Assembly (NCBI GenBank): GCA_902520215.1
Contig: CABYNA010000003.1
Coordinates: forward strand, 25,462 to 89,461
Source: an uncultured Pelagibacteraceae bacterium
GTDB lineage: Bacteria; Pseudomonadota; Alphaproteobacteria; Pelagibacterales; Pelagibacteraceae
Direction: 5' to 3'
Length of the DNA stretch: 64,000 nt
In this document: piece by piece, positions 1 to 9,777 of the stretch
Layout of the letters: each line of letters starts with the position of its first letter
How positions within the stretch are numbered: position 1 is the first letter of the stretch
Program-made: the position numbers and the translations under genes
The notes under the pieces: generated by a model
Seen by the model: only the letters and a program-made list of their open reading frames with translations
What the model was told of the DNA's origin: nothing
The model's database searches: none

Positions 1-34
1 TGCATTTTTTTTAGGATCTGTTATATTGTGATTT

Positions 35-90
35 GATAGTCCTACTTAGCCATCTTTAGCTCCCGGTTTTTTAGGACTATCTTTTTTTTT
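35..90 (+). promoter_or_regulatory. Structured leader RNA / attenuator-like hairpin upstream of the LysE(RhtB) gene
   Basis: Perfect 10-bp inverted repeat GATAGTCCTA (35-44) / TAGGACTATC (72-81), 27-nt inner region, then T9 (82-90) directly before the ATG; possible -10 TATATT at 22-27. Confidence 0.6.
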
Positions 91-705
91 ATGCTCCCCC
101 TAGATTTTATCCTTTTTTTACAGATCATAATTTTTCTATTCATCACACCGGGTACCCCTCGGATAGTAATTATTTCTTATTCAATGAATTATGGTGTTAA
201 AAATTGTATTTGGACAGCTTTGGGTGATGTTTCAGCAAATTTATTTCAAGCAACCTTAGTAATTTTTGTTATAGGAACTTTTTTGTCGGATAATCCAAAC
301 TTTTTAAACTTTTTTAAGTGGGTTGGAGTTATTTATTTGATGTATTTAGCTTATGATGTTTACAAATCTTCACCAAAAGATGTAAATTCAAAAATAATTA
401 GCACCAAAAGCGTTTTTTCTTTTTACAAAGATGGTTTTTTAGTTGCTGGAACAAGCCCTAAGGCATGGTTGTTCTTTCCTTTAATATTTCCGCAGTTTAT
501 TGACTTTAATAACAATTATATTGTTCAATTTTTTATTTTAATCACAACTTATGTTGTTTTAGATTTTATTTCTTTGATTGGCTATGCTTTGCTAGCACAA
601 AAATTAATTACATGGATCAAAGCAAATCCAAAAACAATTAATACAATCTCAGCGAGTGTTTTAGTAATTATTGCGTTAATTATTATTGTTACACAACAAT
701 ATTAA
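91..705 (+). CDS. rhtB: LysE/RhtB family amino-acid exporter
   Basis: 204 aa hydrophobic; ITPGTP N-terminal motif, GVIYLMYLAY, GFLVAGTSPKAWLFF (NPK-like motif). Confidence 0.85.
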   Translation: MLPLDFILFLQIIIFLFITPGTPRIVIISYSMNYGVKNCIWTALGDVSANLFQATLVIFVIGTFLSDNPNFLNFFKWVGVIYLMYLAYDVYKSSPKDVNSKIISTKSVFSFYKDGFLVAGTSPKAWLFFPLIFPQFIDFNNNYIVQFFILITTYVVLDFISLIGYALLAQKLITWIKANPKTINTISASVLVIIALIIIVTQQY

Positions 706-794
706 ACATATCCAAAGTTGTTTTTGCCTCTTGCAATAAAACAAAATTATTTATTTAATTAAGAATTAATTAATTAATAACAGAAGGAAATAAA

Positions 795-2033
795 ATGAAA
801 ATAAACAAGATAATCTTGAGTTTTATTTCTGCAGTAGCAATTTTACTTTCAACTTCAGTTGTTTCATTTGCAAAAGTAGTTGGTGATAAAATTGTTTTAG
901 GTGCTGCTATTTCATTAACTGGAAAATATTCATCTAATGGTGTTCATACACAAAACGGCTATAACATGGCTGTTGATAGAATTAATAGCATGGGTGGTGT
1001 TAAAGTTGGTGGAAAAACTTATAAGTTTGAAATCATTTATTACGATGATGAATCAAACCCAAAAAGAGCGGCTCAATTAGCAGAAAGATTAATCTCACAA
1101 GATGGTGTTGAGTTTATGCTTGGGCCTTATAGTTCAGGTTTAACAAAAGCAATTGCACCTGTTACAGAAAAATATGGTGTACCAATGGTGGAAGCAAATG
1201 GTGCTTCTAGATCTTTGTTTACAAAAGGTTACAAATATCTATTTGCAGTTTTAGCTCCAGCTAACTTATATCTTGATGTAGCTATTAGAACAGCAGTTGA
1301 GTTAAATGGTGGAAAAGGTGTAAGAATTGCACAAGCATTTGAACAAGATGCTTTTTCACAAGATGTAAGATTAGGTATTTTAGATGCAGCAAAAGAAACT
1401 GGATCTGAGATTATAATTGACGATAAGCTGCCAAAAGAGCTTAACGATATGGCTGCTACATTAGTTAAAGTAAAACAAATGAAGCCAGATGTTCTTGTGG
1501 TATCAGGACACACAAAAGGTGCATTAACTGCAATCAGACAAATTGCTGAAATGAAAGTTGATGTTCCAATGTTAGCAATGACACATTGTGATGCTGCGAA
1601 ATTATCAAAACAACATGGTAAAAATTCTCAGTATGCATTATGTGCTTCTCAATGGCATAAAACCCTAACTTATAAAGATAACTTCTTTAAAGATGGTATG
1701 ACTTATGCGGCAGATTTCCAAAAAGAGTTTGGATATGACCCGCCATATCAATCAGCAGAATCTTCTGCAGCATTGTTAGTGTTCAAGGATGCTTTTGAAA
1801 GAGCAAATTCTTTCGATCAAAAGAAAGTAAGAGATGCTCTTGCAGCTACGAATATGCAAACATTCTATGGAAATATTAAGTTCGCACCGGGTGGTCAAAA
1901 TGTTGACAAGCCGATGGTACTTTTCCAAGTAATGTGTGATGGCGCTGGGAAATGTGAAAATAAAGTTGTAGCTCCACTGAAGTGGGCTTCAGCTAAATTG
2001 ATTCACCCAATTCCTAAGTGGTCTGACAGATAA
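795..2033 (+). CDS. HAAT/Liv-family ABC substrate-binding protein
   Basis: Signal peptide; IVLGAAISLTG, YYDDESNP, LGPYSSGLT motifs; SD GAAGGA upstream; followed by livHMGF homologs. Confidence 0.9.
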   Translation: MKINKIILSFISAVAILLSTSVVSFAKVVGDKIVLGAAISLTGKYSSNGVHTQNGYNMAVDRINSMGGVKVGGKTYKFEIIYYDDESNPKRAAQLAERLISQDGVEFMLGPYSSGLTKAIAPVTEKYGVPMVEANGASRSLFTKGYKYLFAVLAPANLYLDVAIRTAVELNGGKGVRIAQAFEQDAFSQDVRLGILDAAKETGSEIIIDDKLPKELNDMAATLVKVKQMKPDVLVVSGHTKGALTAIRQIAEMKVDVPMLAMTHCDAAKLSKQHGKNSQYALCASQWHKTLTYKDNFFKDGMTYAADFQKEFGYDPPYQSAESSAALLVFKDAFERANSFDQKKVRDALAATNMQTFYGNIKFAPGGQNVDKPMVLFQVMCDGAGKCENKVVAPLKWASAKLIHPIPKWSDR

Positions 2034-2045
2034 TTGCAAATCTTT

Positions 2046-2079
2046 AAATACCCCCTAAATTCTAGGGGGTATTTTTTTT
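2046..2079 (+). terminator. Intrinsic terminator / stabilising hairpin after the SBP gene
   Basis: AAATACCCCCTA-aattc-TAGGGGGTATTT with T8 tail. Confidence 0.85.
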
Positions 2080-2090
2080 AGAGGTAAATT

Positions 2091-2984
2091 ATGGATTTCA
2101 TGGTTTTTCAGTATCCGATGATAACTGTTCAAGCTTGCTTGGACGGGATACTACTTGGAATTTTATTTGCGTTAATTGCTTATGGCATGGCTTTGCAATG
2201 GGGAGTGATGAATATCATAAACATTGCCCAAGGTGATTTAGTAATTCTTGGTGGTTATATTGCATACTTCATGTATCTTTATGGAATTCATCCAGCATGG
2301 GGGGTAATTGTATCCCCAATAATAATGTATTTTGTTGGTGTCGGTATTTATAAATTAGTAATCAATAAAGTCGTTGATAGAGACTTGTTTATCTCAATTC
2401 TTGCTACATTTGGTATAAGTATTCTTTTTATGCAATTGATGAACTTTGCATTTGGTGCAGATGTTGTCTTAGCAAATTCAGGTTATGGCACAACATTTTT
2501 ATTTGACAGTGCAGTAGTTTTGCCAAACTCAAAAATATTTTCGGCATTCGTTAGTATTGTTTTTGCTATTGGTTTAGTAATTTATATGAAAAAATCAAAA
2601 CTTGGTCGAGCTATTAGAGCAACAGCTCAAAACGCAAGAGCTGCAAAGATTTTAGGTGTAGATACAGAGAAAGTTTATGCAGCAACTTTTGGATTAAACG
2701 CTGCTCTATGTGGTGTTGCAGGAGCGCTTATTTCAATAACTTTTACGATTCATCCTTATATGGGATTACCATATACAATCAGGTCATTTATGATTGTTAT
2801 TGTTGCTGGACTTGGCAACTTACCTGGTGTTGCAATGTCAGGTATGGGTCTTGGTGTATTTGAAGAGTTTGCTGACTATATATTAGGTACAGAATTTAGA
2901 ATAGGTTCAGTGTTTTTATTATTAGTTTTAATTCTTGTTTATAGAAGATTTAAACTTTCAAGAAAAAGAGAGTATCTAAAATAA
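2091..2984 (+). CDS. livH: HAAT ABC permease LivH-like
   Basis: GVMNIINIAQGDL, LGRAIRATAQN, IVIVAGLGNLPG. Confidence 0.9.
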   Translation: MDFMVFQYPMITVQACLDGILLGILFALIAYGMALQWGVMNIINIAQGDLVILGGYIAYFMYLYGIHPAWGVIVSPIIMYFVGVGIYKLVINKVVDRDLFISILATFGISILFMQLMNFAFGADVVLANSGYGTTFLFDSAVVLPNSKIFSAFVSIVFAIGLVIYMKKSKLGRAIRATAQNARAAKILGVDTEKVYAATFGLNAALCGVAGALISITFTIHPYMGLPYTIRSFMIVIVAGLGNLPGVAMSGMGLGVFEEFADYILGTEFRIGSVFLLLVLILVYRRFKLSRKREYLK

Positions 2985-4033
2985 TGAATAAAAATGTCAT
3001 ATTATATGCTGCAATTTTAATATTTGGACTCGCTGCACCCTTTGTATTTCCAGCATTTAAAGTTCAATTATCTATTTTGTGTGTATTGATTGTTTTAGCC
3101 ACCACTTGGAATATCCAGGGTGGGGAAATGGGATACAATACATTTGGCAACATTTTATTCTATGGATTAGGAATGTATTTGTGTGCTTCTGTGCAAGTGG
3201 GTATGTTTTTTCCATTAGCAGAGTGGACGGAAAGTGGAGGAGAAAAAACTTTCGTGCATACGCCTACACAGTTTTTTCAAGGAATGGCAGCTGGACTTGT
3301 AGTGGCTGCTGTTGTTCCAACTATTGTTGCAGGATTAATTGGTTATGCCATCTTAGGACTTAGAGGGCATTACTTTGCAATTTGTACTTTAGGTTTAGGA
3401 GTTGCTGCAGGAGAAATTTCTGGTGGTATAGAGATTATTGGAGCAGGACAAGGTTTTACTACACCACCTTTTCCAAACGTTGGTGGTCTAGAGGCAAGAG
3501 GGGAATTTTTTTATTTTTTAAGTTTTGGTGCACTTGTCCTTACATTCATAGCAGTGAGAGCGATTTACTCAACACGTTTTAGATTAATTCTTAATGCGAT
3601 TAGGGATAATGAAGATAAAGCTGAGGCGATGGGAATTGAAACGATGAAATACAAAATAATTGGCTGGATGGTATCAGCATTTTTCTGCGGTTTAGCAGGT
3701 GGTATTATGGGCGGACTTGTTGGCTACATTGATTCGACAGATGTTGCATTTGATGGAAGAGAGATGGGAGTATTTATGGTATTGATGGCAATTTTAGGTG
3801 GTAAAGGAACTTTATGGGGTCCTGTTATTGGAGCTACTGTATTTCATATTTTCAAAGAAGGATTTTGGACATTCTTTTTAGGTTGGCAGTATGTTGCTTT
3901 AGGTGTTTTGATCGTTGTCATTGTTATTTATTTCCCAGAGGGAATTATGGGATGGTTGAGAGAAAAATATCCTGAACGATTTGGTGAAGTTGTAGATGAG
4001 GCAGATCGAAAAGCACAGGTAGAACTGAAATGA
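2984..4033 (+). CDS. livM: HAAT ABC permease LivM-like
   Basis: LRGHYFAICTLG, AIRDNEDKAEAMG, LGGKGTLWGP, FPEGI; start overlaps livH stop (TAATG). Confidence 0.9.
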   Translation: MNKNVILYAAILIFGLAAPFVFPAFKVQLSILCVLIVLATTWNIQGGEMGYNTFGNILFYGLGMYLCASVQVGMFFPLAEWTESGGEKTFVHTPTQFFQGMAAGLVVAAVVPTIVAGLIGYAILGLRGHYFAICTLGLGVAAGEISGGIEIIGAGQGFTTPPFPNVGGLEARGEFFYFLSFGALVLTFIAVRAIYSTRFRLILNAIRDNEDKAEAMGIETMKYKIIGWMVSAFFCGLAGGIMGGLVGYIDSTDVAFDGREMGVFMVLMAILGGKGTLWGPVIGATVFHIFKEGFWTFFLGWQYVALGVLIVVIVIYFPEGIMGWLREKYPERFGEVVDEADRKAQVELK

Positions 4034-4770
4034 GTATTTTAGAAGTAAATAATGTAAGTAAATCTTTTGGTGGTGTTAAGGCTAATGTTGACATTTCAAT
4101 GTCAGTAGAAAAGGGAAAAATATTTGGACTAATTGGTCCAAATGGTTCAGGAAAAACAACTTTATTTAACTCCATTGTTGGTACTTATCCAATAGACCAA
4201 GGTTCAATAAAATTTAATGGAAAAGAAGTATCTGAATTACCAGTTCCTGTAATTGCTAAACTTGGTTTATTAAGAACTTTTCAACAAACAAGAATTTATG
4301 GAAAATTAAATTGTGTAGATAATATGTTAATCAGTCACAAAGGTAGTGATGAAAGTATATTAAAAATATTCTCAAAAATTCCTCAAGATTTAACCGAGAA
4401 GGCAGAAAATCTTTTAAATTTTGTGGGACTTTATCAAAAAAGAAAATTAAGAGCTGGCGACTTATCTTTTGGTCAGCAAAAATTACTTGAGTTAGCAATG
4501 GCTTTAATGAATGAACCAGAAATGCTTTTATTAGATGAACCAACGGCAGGTATTAACCCGACATTAATTAATGGAATTATAGACAGGTTAATTAAAGTAA
4601 ACCAAGATTTTGGAATAACTCTTTTAGTTATCGAACATAATATGAGGGTTATTATGCAATTAGCAGAAAGTATTTATTGTTTAGCTCACGGCAAAATGCT
4701 GGCTAATGGAACACCGGATGAGATTAAAAATGATAAAAGAGTAATCGACGCATACTTGGGGGCACAATAA
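4030..4770 (+). CDS. livG: HAAT ABC ATP-binding protein LivG-like
   Basis: Walker A GPNGSGKTT, LSFGQQ, LLLDEP, AYLG C-terminus. Confidence 0.92.
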   Translation: MSILEVNNVSKSFGGVKANVDISMSVEKGKIFGLIGPNGSGKTTLFNSIVGTYPIDQGSIKFNGKEVSELPVPVIAKLGLLRTFQQTRIYGKLNCVDNMLISHKGSDESILKIFSKIPQDLTEKAENLLNFVGLYQKRKLRAGDLSFGQQKLLELAMALMNEPEMLLLDEPTAGINPTLINGIIDRLIKVNQDFGITLLVIEHNMRVIMQLAESIYCLAHGKMLANGTPDEIKNDKRVIDAYLGAQ

Positions 4771-5555
4771 TGTCTAATCAATATGAAGTATTAGGAAAGG
4801 CTCCCCAAGCAGATGATTTAAAAAAACTTTCACCTAATGACATTCATCTTACGATTAAAAATATGAATGCCGGTTATGGGAAAATGGAAATTTTACATAA
4901 TTTTGATCTTTATGTTAGTAAGGGTCAATCACTTTGTTTAATAGGTCCAAATGGTGCTGGCAAATCAACTATTCTTCATTCAATTTATGGATTTACAAAT
5001 ATTTTTTCTGGGAAAATAGAAATCGATGGAAAAGAAATAACCAATTTATCACCAGCTGAAAAATTAAAATCAGTTGGTATTGCATATATTTTACAAGATA
5101 ATTCTGTGTTCCCTGATATGACAGTTGAGGAAAACCTTTTAATGGGTGGATTTATCAAAGATAAAACAGAGGAATCATTTCAAGAAGCTGAAAGAATTCT
5201 TGAGAAGTATGAAAGATTAAGAAATAGAAGAAATCAACCTGCAAAAGTTTTGTCTGGTGGTGAAAGAAGGTTATTGGAAATTTCAAGAGCGCTGGTTATG
5301 AAACCATCAGTTTTATTAGTTGATGAACCTTCGATTGGCTTAGAGCCAAGATATATTGAAATGGTATTTGAAATTTTAAGAGACCTTCAACAAAATGAAA
5401 AAAAAACAATTATCCTTGTTGAGCAAAATGCAAAGAAAGGTCTAGATTTTGCTGACATTGGTTATGTTTTAGTGTCAGGACAAACTGCAATAGCAGGTAA
5501 AGGAGATGAACTTTTAAATAATCCTGATGTGGGACGCCTATTCCTAGGCGGTTAA
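4770..5555 (+). CDS. livF: HAAT ABC ATP-binding protein LivF-like
   Basis: GPNGAGKST, LSGGER, LVDEPSIGL, LVEQNA. Confidence 0.92.
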   Translation: MSNQYEVLGKAPQADDLKKLSPNDIHLTIKNMNAGYGKMEILHNFDLYVSKGQSLCLIGPNGAGKSTILHSIYGFTNIFSGKIEIDGKEITNLSPAEKLKSVGIAYILQDNSVFPDMTVEENLLMGGFIKDKTEESFQEAERILEKYERLRNRRNQPAKVLSGGERRLLEISRALVMKPSVLLVDEPSIGLEPRYIEMVFEILRDLQQNEKKTIILVEQNAKKGLDFADIGYVLVSGQTAIAGKGDELLNNPDVGRLFLGG

Positions 5556-6259
5556 TGATTGACTCAAAATATTTTTTGAAAGGTTTCGCATCTATCAAAG
5601 GTGTTGGAAGTCCAGCTATAGCCTTGGGAGCTAGCTTTATAGCAATTGGAGCTCTTTTAAAAAATATTGGTTTTACAATTCAAGAAAGTCTTTTTTCAAC
5701 TTTTTTGACTTACGCCTTACCTGGTTCATTAGTGATGGCAGAGTCATTGATAATTGGATCATCATTAATAAATATCTTCATTGCTGTTTGGTTAGTAAAT
5801 GCAAGGCTTTATCCAATGACTGTTTCCTTAATGCCTTTGTTGATGCACCATAAACAACCTAAATGGAAATATTATTTATCATGTCACTTCATTGCCGTCT
5901 CATCGTGGCTAATAATGAAAGATAATTATGAACAAATAAAAAAAGAAGCAAGGATAGATTTTTGGATTGGTATTGGTACAGCAACCTGGTCGGTAGCAAT
6001 TTTCTCTACATTTATCGGCTATATTGCATCAGATTTTTTAAATAGAGATATGTTAATTGGGTTAGCAATAATTAATCCAATTTATTTTACTTGTATGATG
6101 GTGGGGGCGATGAAAACTATTAAAATTAGTTTATCAATCATCCTGGGTGCAATATTAGGTCCGGCTTTTTATTTTATATCTCCAGAGTGGTGTATTTTAT
6201 TTGGTGGTTTTGTGGCTGGAACAATTGCATTTTTTATTGGAGAAATTAATGACAGGTAA
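5555..6259 (+). CDS. azlC: AzlC family branched-chain amino-acid exporter subunit
   Basis: Multi-TM; TYALPGSLV and WLVNARLYPM resemble AzlC motifs; followed by a small AzlD-like gene. Confidence 0.8.
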   Translation: MIDSKYFLKGFASIKGVGSPAIALGASFIAIGALLKNIGFTIQESLFSTFLTYALPGSLVMAESLIIGSSLINIFIAVWLVNARLYPMTVSLMPLLMHHKQPKWKYYLSCHFIAVSSWLIMKDNYEQIKKEARIDFWIGIGTATWSVAIFSTFIGYIASDFLNRDMLIGLAIINPIYFTCMMVGAMKTIKISLSIILGAILGPAFYFISPEWCILFGGFVAGTIAFFIGEINDR

Positions 6260-6572
6260 TATTTTTTTAGTAATCTTAATAACTTCATTAGCGACATTTT
6301 TGTCTAGATTTTTAGGTGTTGTAAGTTCAGAAAATATTAAAGAAACTTCCAAAATATTTAGATGGTTTAATTGCTTGGCATACTCGACGTTAGCAGCACT
6401 AATAGCTAGGATTGTAATTTTTCCATCAGGATTATTATCTGAGATAGATTACTTAGTGAGACTTATTGTAATAATTTTATCAATTGGGCTTTTTTTTATC
6501 ACTAAAAAAAATTTAGTTTACCCAACAATTTTCTCTGCTATCATACTTACACTTTTTAGCAGTTATTTATGA
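6249..6572 (+). CDS. azlD: AzlD family membrane protein
   Basis: Likely ATG at 6249 (GGAG upstream) overlapping azlC end; ~107 aa hydrophobic, TFLSR motif. Confidence 0.75.
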   Translation: MTGNIFLVILITSLATFLSRFLGVVSSENIKETSKIFRWFNCLAYSTLAALIARIVIFPSGLLSEIDYLVRLIVIILSIGLFFITKKNLVYPTIFSAIILTLFSSYL

Positions 6573-7483
6573 TTGAAAAAATTGACGGATTTGAAATTTA
6601 TGAAAATAAGCAATCTCCAAGGATAATTAACATAGATATTGGAGATGAAATTTTAAATAAACTTATCTTTCCTTTTAATAAGTTTGATATTACTGCATTA
6701 GAATATAAACCGTTTACCAGATTTACTATCGCAAAAAGTTTAGATGATTTAAGTAATAATAAATTATCTAAATTAATTAATAAGATTATTAGAGATCGAA
6801 ACACTGGTTGCTTTATTATTAAGCCTAAAAATTTAATATCTAAAATTGATGATAGTTTTTTAGTGAAGCTTTCAACTGCTGTTGCACATCTTGTTGGGAA
6901 CCCTAATCATGATGCAATGGCTGGTAAATACTATGCTAGATTTCATGTTAAACATGAGGATAAAAGTGATTCATATTTAAGAAAGGCTTATAAAAATATG
7001 GATCTACATACTGATGGAACCTATGTAAAAGAAAAAACTGATTGGTTGTTAATGTCAAAAATAGAGGAAAAAAATGTTGAGGGTGGAGAAACTGCCATGC
7101 TTCATCTCGATGACTGGGAACATTGTGATGAATTATTTAATGATCCTGTCGGAAAAGAAGATTTTCTTTGGGGTTCTCCGAAAAGTAAAAATATTGATTA
7201 TAAAGTTGAACATCCAGTATTTTCATCTGATAAAGATGGAAGAGCTCAAATTTCATATATTGATCAATTTCCTGAACCTAAAAATATGAAACAAGGTACT
7301 TTTTTACAAAAATTATCTGATAGTTTAGAGGAAAGTAATAAGAAGATCATAACTAAACTTCCAGTGGGATCATCTGTAGTAGCAAATAATTATTTTTGGC
7401 TTCATGGCAGAAAAGCCTTTAAAGAACACAAAGATTTAAGTAGAGAGTTATTACGAATTAGAGGTTCTTTTTTTATTAATTAA
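6569..7483 (+). CDS. csiD: Glutarate 2-hydroxylase (Fe/2-oxoglutarate dioxygenase CsiD/GlaH)
   Basis: ALEYKPFTRF, DAMAGKYYARF, SDSYLR, LHTDGTYVKE (HxD), NNYFWLHGR, RELLRIRG match CsiD. Confidence 0.9.
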   Translation: MIEKIDGFEIYENKQSPRIINIDIGDEILNKLIFPFNKFDITALEYKPFTRFTIAKSLDDLSNNKLSKLINKIIRDRNTGCFIIKPKNLISKIDDSFLVKLSTAVAHLVGNPNHDAMAGKYYARFHVKHEDKSDSYLRKAYKNMDLHTDGTYVKEKTDWLLMSKIEEKNVEGGETAMLHLDDWEHCDELFNDPVGKEDFLWGSPKSKNIDYKVEHPVFSSDKDGRAQISYIDQFPEPKNMKQGTFLQKLSDSLEESNKKIITKLPVGSSVVANNYFWLHGRKAFKEHKDLSRELLRIRGSFFIN

Positions 7484-7509
7484 TATAAATTAATAACTAT
7501 AAGATATTT

Positions 7510-8277
7510 ATGAAATTAGGTTTTATAGGAACTGGGAAAATAACATCTTCAGTTATATCTGGAATATGTTCTTCAAAGATTAATTATAAAAAGATATTTA
7601 TTTCATCACGAAATAGTCTTATTGCAAAAGGATTAAAAAAAAAGTTTAAAAAAATATTTATTGAAAAGGATAATCAAAAAATTGTTGATAATTGTGATTG
7701 GATTTTTTTGGCAGTCACACCAACTGTTGGTGAAAAAATTATTAAAAATTTGAGATTTAGATCTAGTCAAACAATTATAAGTTTTATCTCAACTATAAAT
7801 CTTTCAGACCTTCGAAAAATGATAAAAGTAAAAGCTGACTTAGTAAGAGCTATTCCACTTCCGCCAATTTCTCTTAAAAAAGGACCAGTGCCTATCTGCC
7901 CACCAAATAGAAAGGTTAAAAATTTTTTTAATAAAATTGGATCTACTATTGAAATTAATAATGAAAAATTATCAATTAATTTTTGGTCAACGTCAGGAAT
8001 GATGGCATCTTATTATGAAATATTAAATGTGATGAGTACTTGGTTGATAAAAAAAGGTATTAAAAGATCTGATGCACAGAAGTATATAACAACTTTATTT
8101 TTAGCCTTATCTGAAGATGCAGTCGTAAATTCAAAAAAAGATTTAAGACATTTAGTTAAAGAATCTCAAACTCCAAAAGGTTTAAACGAACAAGGTTTAA
8201 AAGAAATGAGTAAGAGAGGGGCCTATAAATCTGTAGTAAATGCACTAAATAAAATTTACCAAAGACTTAATAAATAA
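7510..8277 (+). CDS. proC: Pyrroline-5-carboxylate reductase-like protein
   Basis: KLGFIGTGKI Rossmann fold, IFLAVTP, VRAIP, TPKGLNEQG. Confidence 0.75.
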   Translation: MKLGFIGTGKITSSVISGICSSKINYKKIFISSRNSLIAKGLKKKFKKIFIEKDNQKIVDNCDWIFLAVTPTVGEKIIKNLRFRSSQTIISFISTINLSDLRKMIKVKADLVRAIPLPPISLKKGPVPICPPNRKVKNFFNKIGSTIEINNEKLSINFWSTSGMMASYYEILNVMSTWLIKKGIKRSDAQKYITTLFLALSEDAVVNSKKDLRHLVKESQTPKGLNEQGLKEMSKRGAYKSVVNALNKIYQRLNK

Positions 8278-8280
8278 TTA

Positions 8281-9066
8281 ATGTCAGAAAATATTTTAGA
8301 AATAAACAATCTATCAAAATATTTTGGTGGATTAGCAGCGGTATCAGATTGTTCACTTAAAGTTAAGAAGGGAACTATAACTGGAATAATCGGTCCTAAT
8401 GGATCAGGAAAAACTACCTTATTTAATTTGATTGCTGGAAATCTAAAATGTTCAGCTGGTAGTGTCATGTTTAACAACGAAAATATAACTGATGTACCGG
8501 CATATGAATTATTTTCAAAAGGTTTACTTAGAACCTTTCAAATTGCACATGAATTTACAAATTTATCAGTTTTAGAAAATTTAATGATGGTTCCTGGTAA
8601 CCAGTCAGGTGAACAATTGATAAATGCTATATTTAAACCTTCATTAATCATGAAAGAGGAAAATATTATTAAGCAAAAAGCCATTGAAGTTATAGAGTTT
8701 TTAAATTTAGGGCATTTAAGAAATGAGCTAGCAGGAAATTTATCTGGCGGTCAAAAAAAATTATTGGAGCTTGGTCGAACAATGATGGTAGATGCAAAGT
8801 TAGTTCTATTAGATGAAGTCGGTGCAGGTGTGAATAGAACACTACTGAAAGACCTTGGCACAGCTATTGAAAAACTAAATAAAGAAAAGGGATATACATT
8901 TTGTATGATTGAACATGACATGGATTTCATAGGGAGATTATGTGATCCTGTGATTGTAATGGCTGAGGGATCAGTATTATTTGAAGGTTCAGTGGAAGAT
9001 GCAAAAAAAGACGAAAAAGTAATTGAAAGTTATTTGGGCAGGGGATCAAAAATTAAGGATAATTGA
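8281..9066 (+). CDS. livG: HAAT ABC ATP-binding protein LivG-like (second system)
   Basis: GPNGSGKTT, LSGGQK, LLDEVGAG. Confidence 0.92.
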   Translation: MSENILEINNLSKYFGGLAAVSDCSLKVKKGTITGIIGPNGSGKTTLFNLIAGNLKCSAGSVMFNNENITDVPAYELFSKGLLRTFQIAHEFTNLSVLENLMMVPGNQSGEQLINAIFKPSLIMKEENIIKQKAIEVIEFLNLGHLRNELAGNLSGGQKKLLELGRTMMVDAKLVLLDEVGAGVNRTLLKDLGTAIEKLNKEKGYTFCMIEHDMDFIGRLCDPVIVMAEGSVLFEGSVEDAKKDEKVIESYLGRGSKIKDN

Positions 9067-9068
9067 TA

Positions 9069-9776
9069 ATGGCATTTTTTGAGGGAAATAAGATGACTGG
9101 TGGATATGGAAATGGTCCAGATATTATTAATTCGTGCTCAGTGAATGTCGACAAAGGTGAAATTGTTTCAATCTTAGGTCCTAATGGTGCGGGAAAATCA
9201 ACAGCGATGAAGGCAATGCTAGGTTTATTAAATTTAAAATCTGGCTCAGTAATAATTAACGGTAAAGATATTACACAATTATCTCCACAAGATAGAGTTA
9301 AGTCAGGAATTTCATTTGTACCTCAAACGAAAAATGTTTTTGCAGGAATGACTGTTGAGGAAAATTTAGAAATGGGAGCCTTCTTAATTAATGAAAGTTA
9401 TAATTCAGTAATCAATGAGATCTATGAGTTGTTTCCAATATTAAGTGAAAAAAGAAATCAATTAGTTGGTGAATTATCAGGAGGGCAAAGACAACAAGTT
9501 GCACTTGGTAGGGCACTAATGATCAAACCATCAGTTTTAATGTTAGATGAACCAACCGCAGGAGTTTCACCAATTGTAATGGATGAATTGTTTGATCATA
9601 TTGTAAAAGTTAAACGTACAAATGTTGCAATACTTATGGTGGAACAAAATGCCAAACAAGCACTAAGTATTTCAGACAGAGGTTATGTGTTAGTCACAGG
9701 AGAAAATCGTTATTCAGGATCAGGAAAAGAATTACTAAATGATCCAAGAGTAAGGAGTTCATTTTTAGGCGGTTGA
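9069..9776 (+). CDS. livF: HAAT ABC ATP-binding protein LivF-like (second system)
   Basis: GPNGAGKST, LSGGQRQ, MLDEPTAG; ATG at 9069 preferred to TTG at 9063. Confidence 0.92.
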   Translation: MAFFEGNKMTGGYGNGPDIINSCSVNVDKGEIVSILGPNGAGKSTAMKAMLGLLNLKSGSVIINGKDITQLSPQDRVKSGISFVPQTKNVFAGMTVEENLEMGAFLINESYNSVINEIYELFPILSEKRNQLVGELSGGQRQQVALGRALMIKPSVLMLDEPTAGVSPIVMDELFDHIVKVKRTNVAILMVEQNAKQALSISDRGYVLVTGENRYSGSGKELLNDPRVRSSFLGG

Positions 9777-9777
9777 T

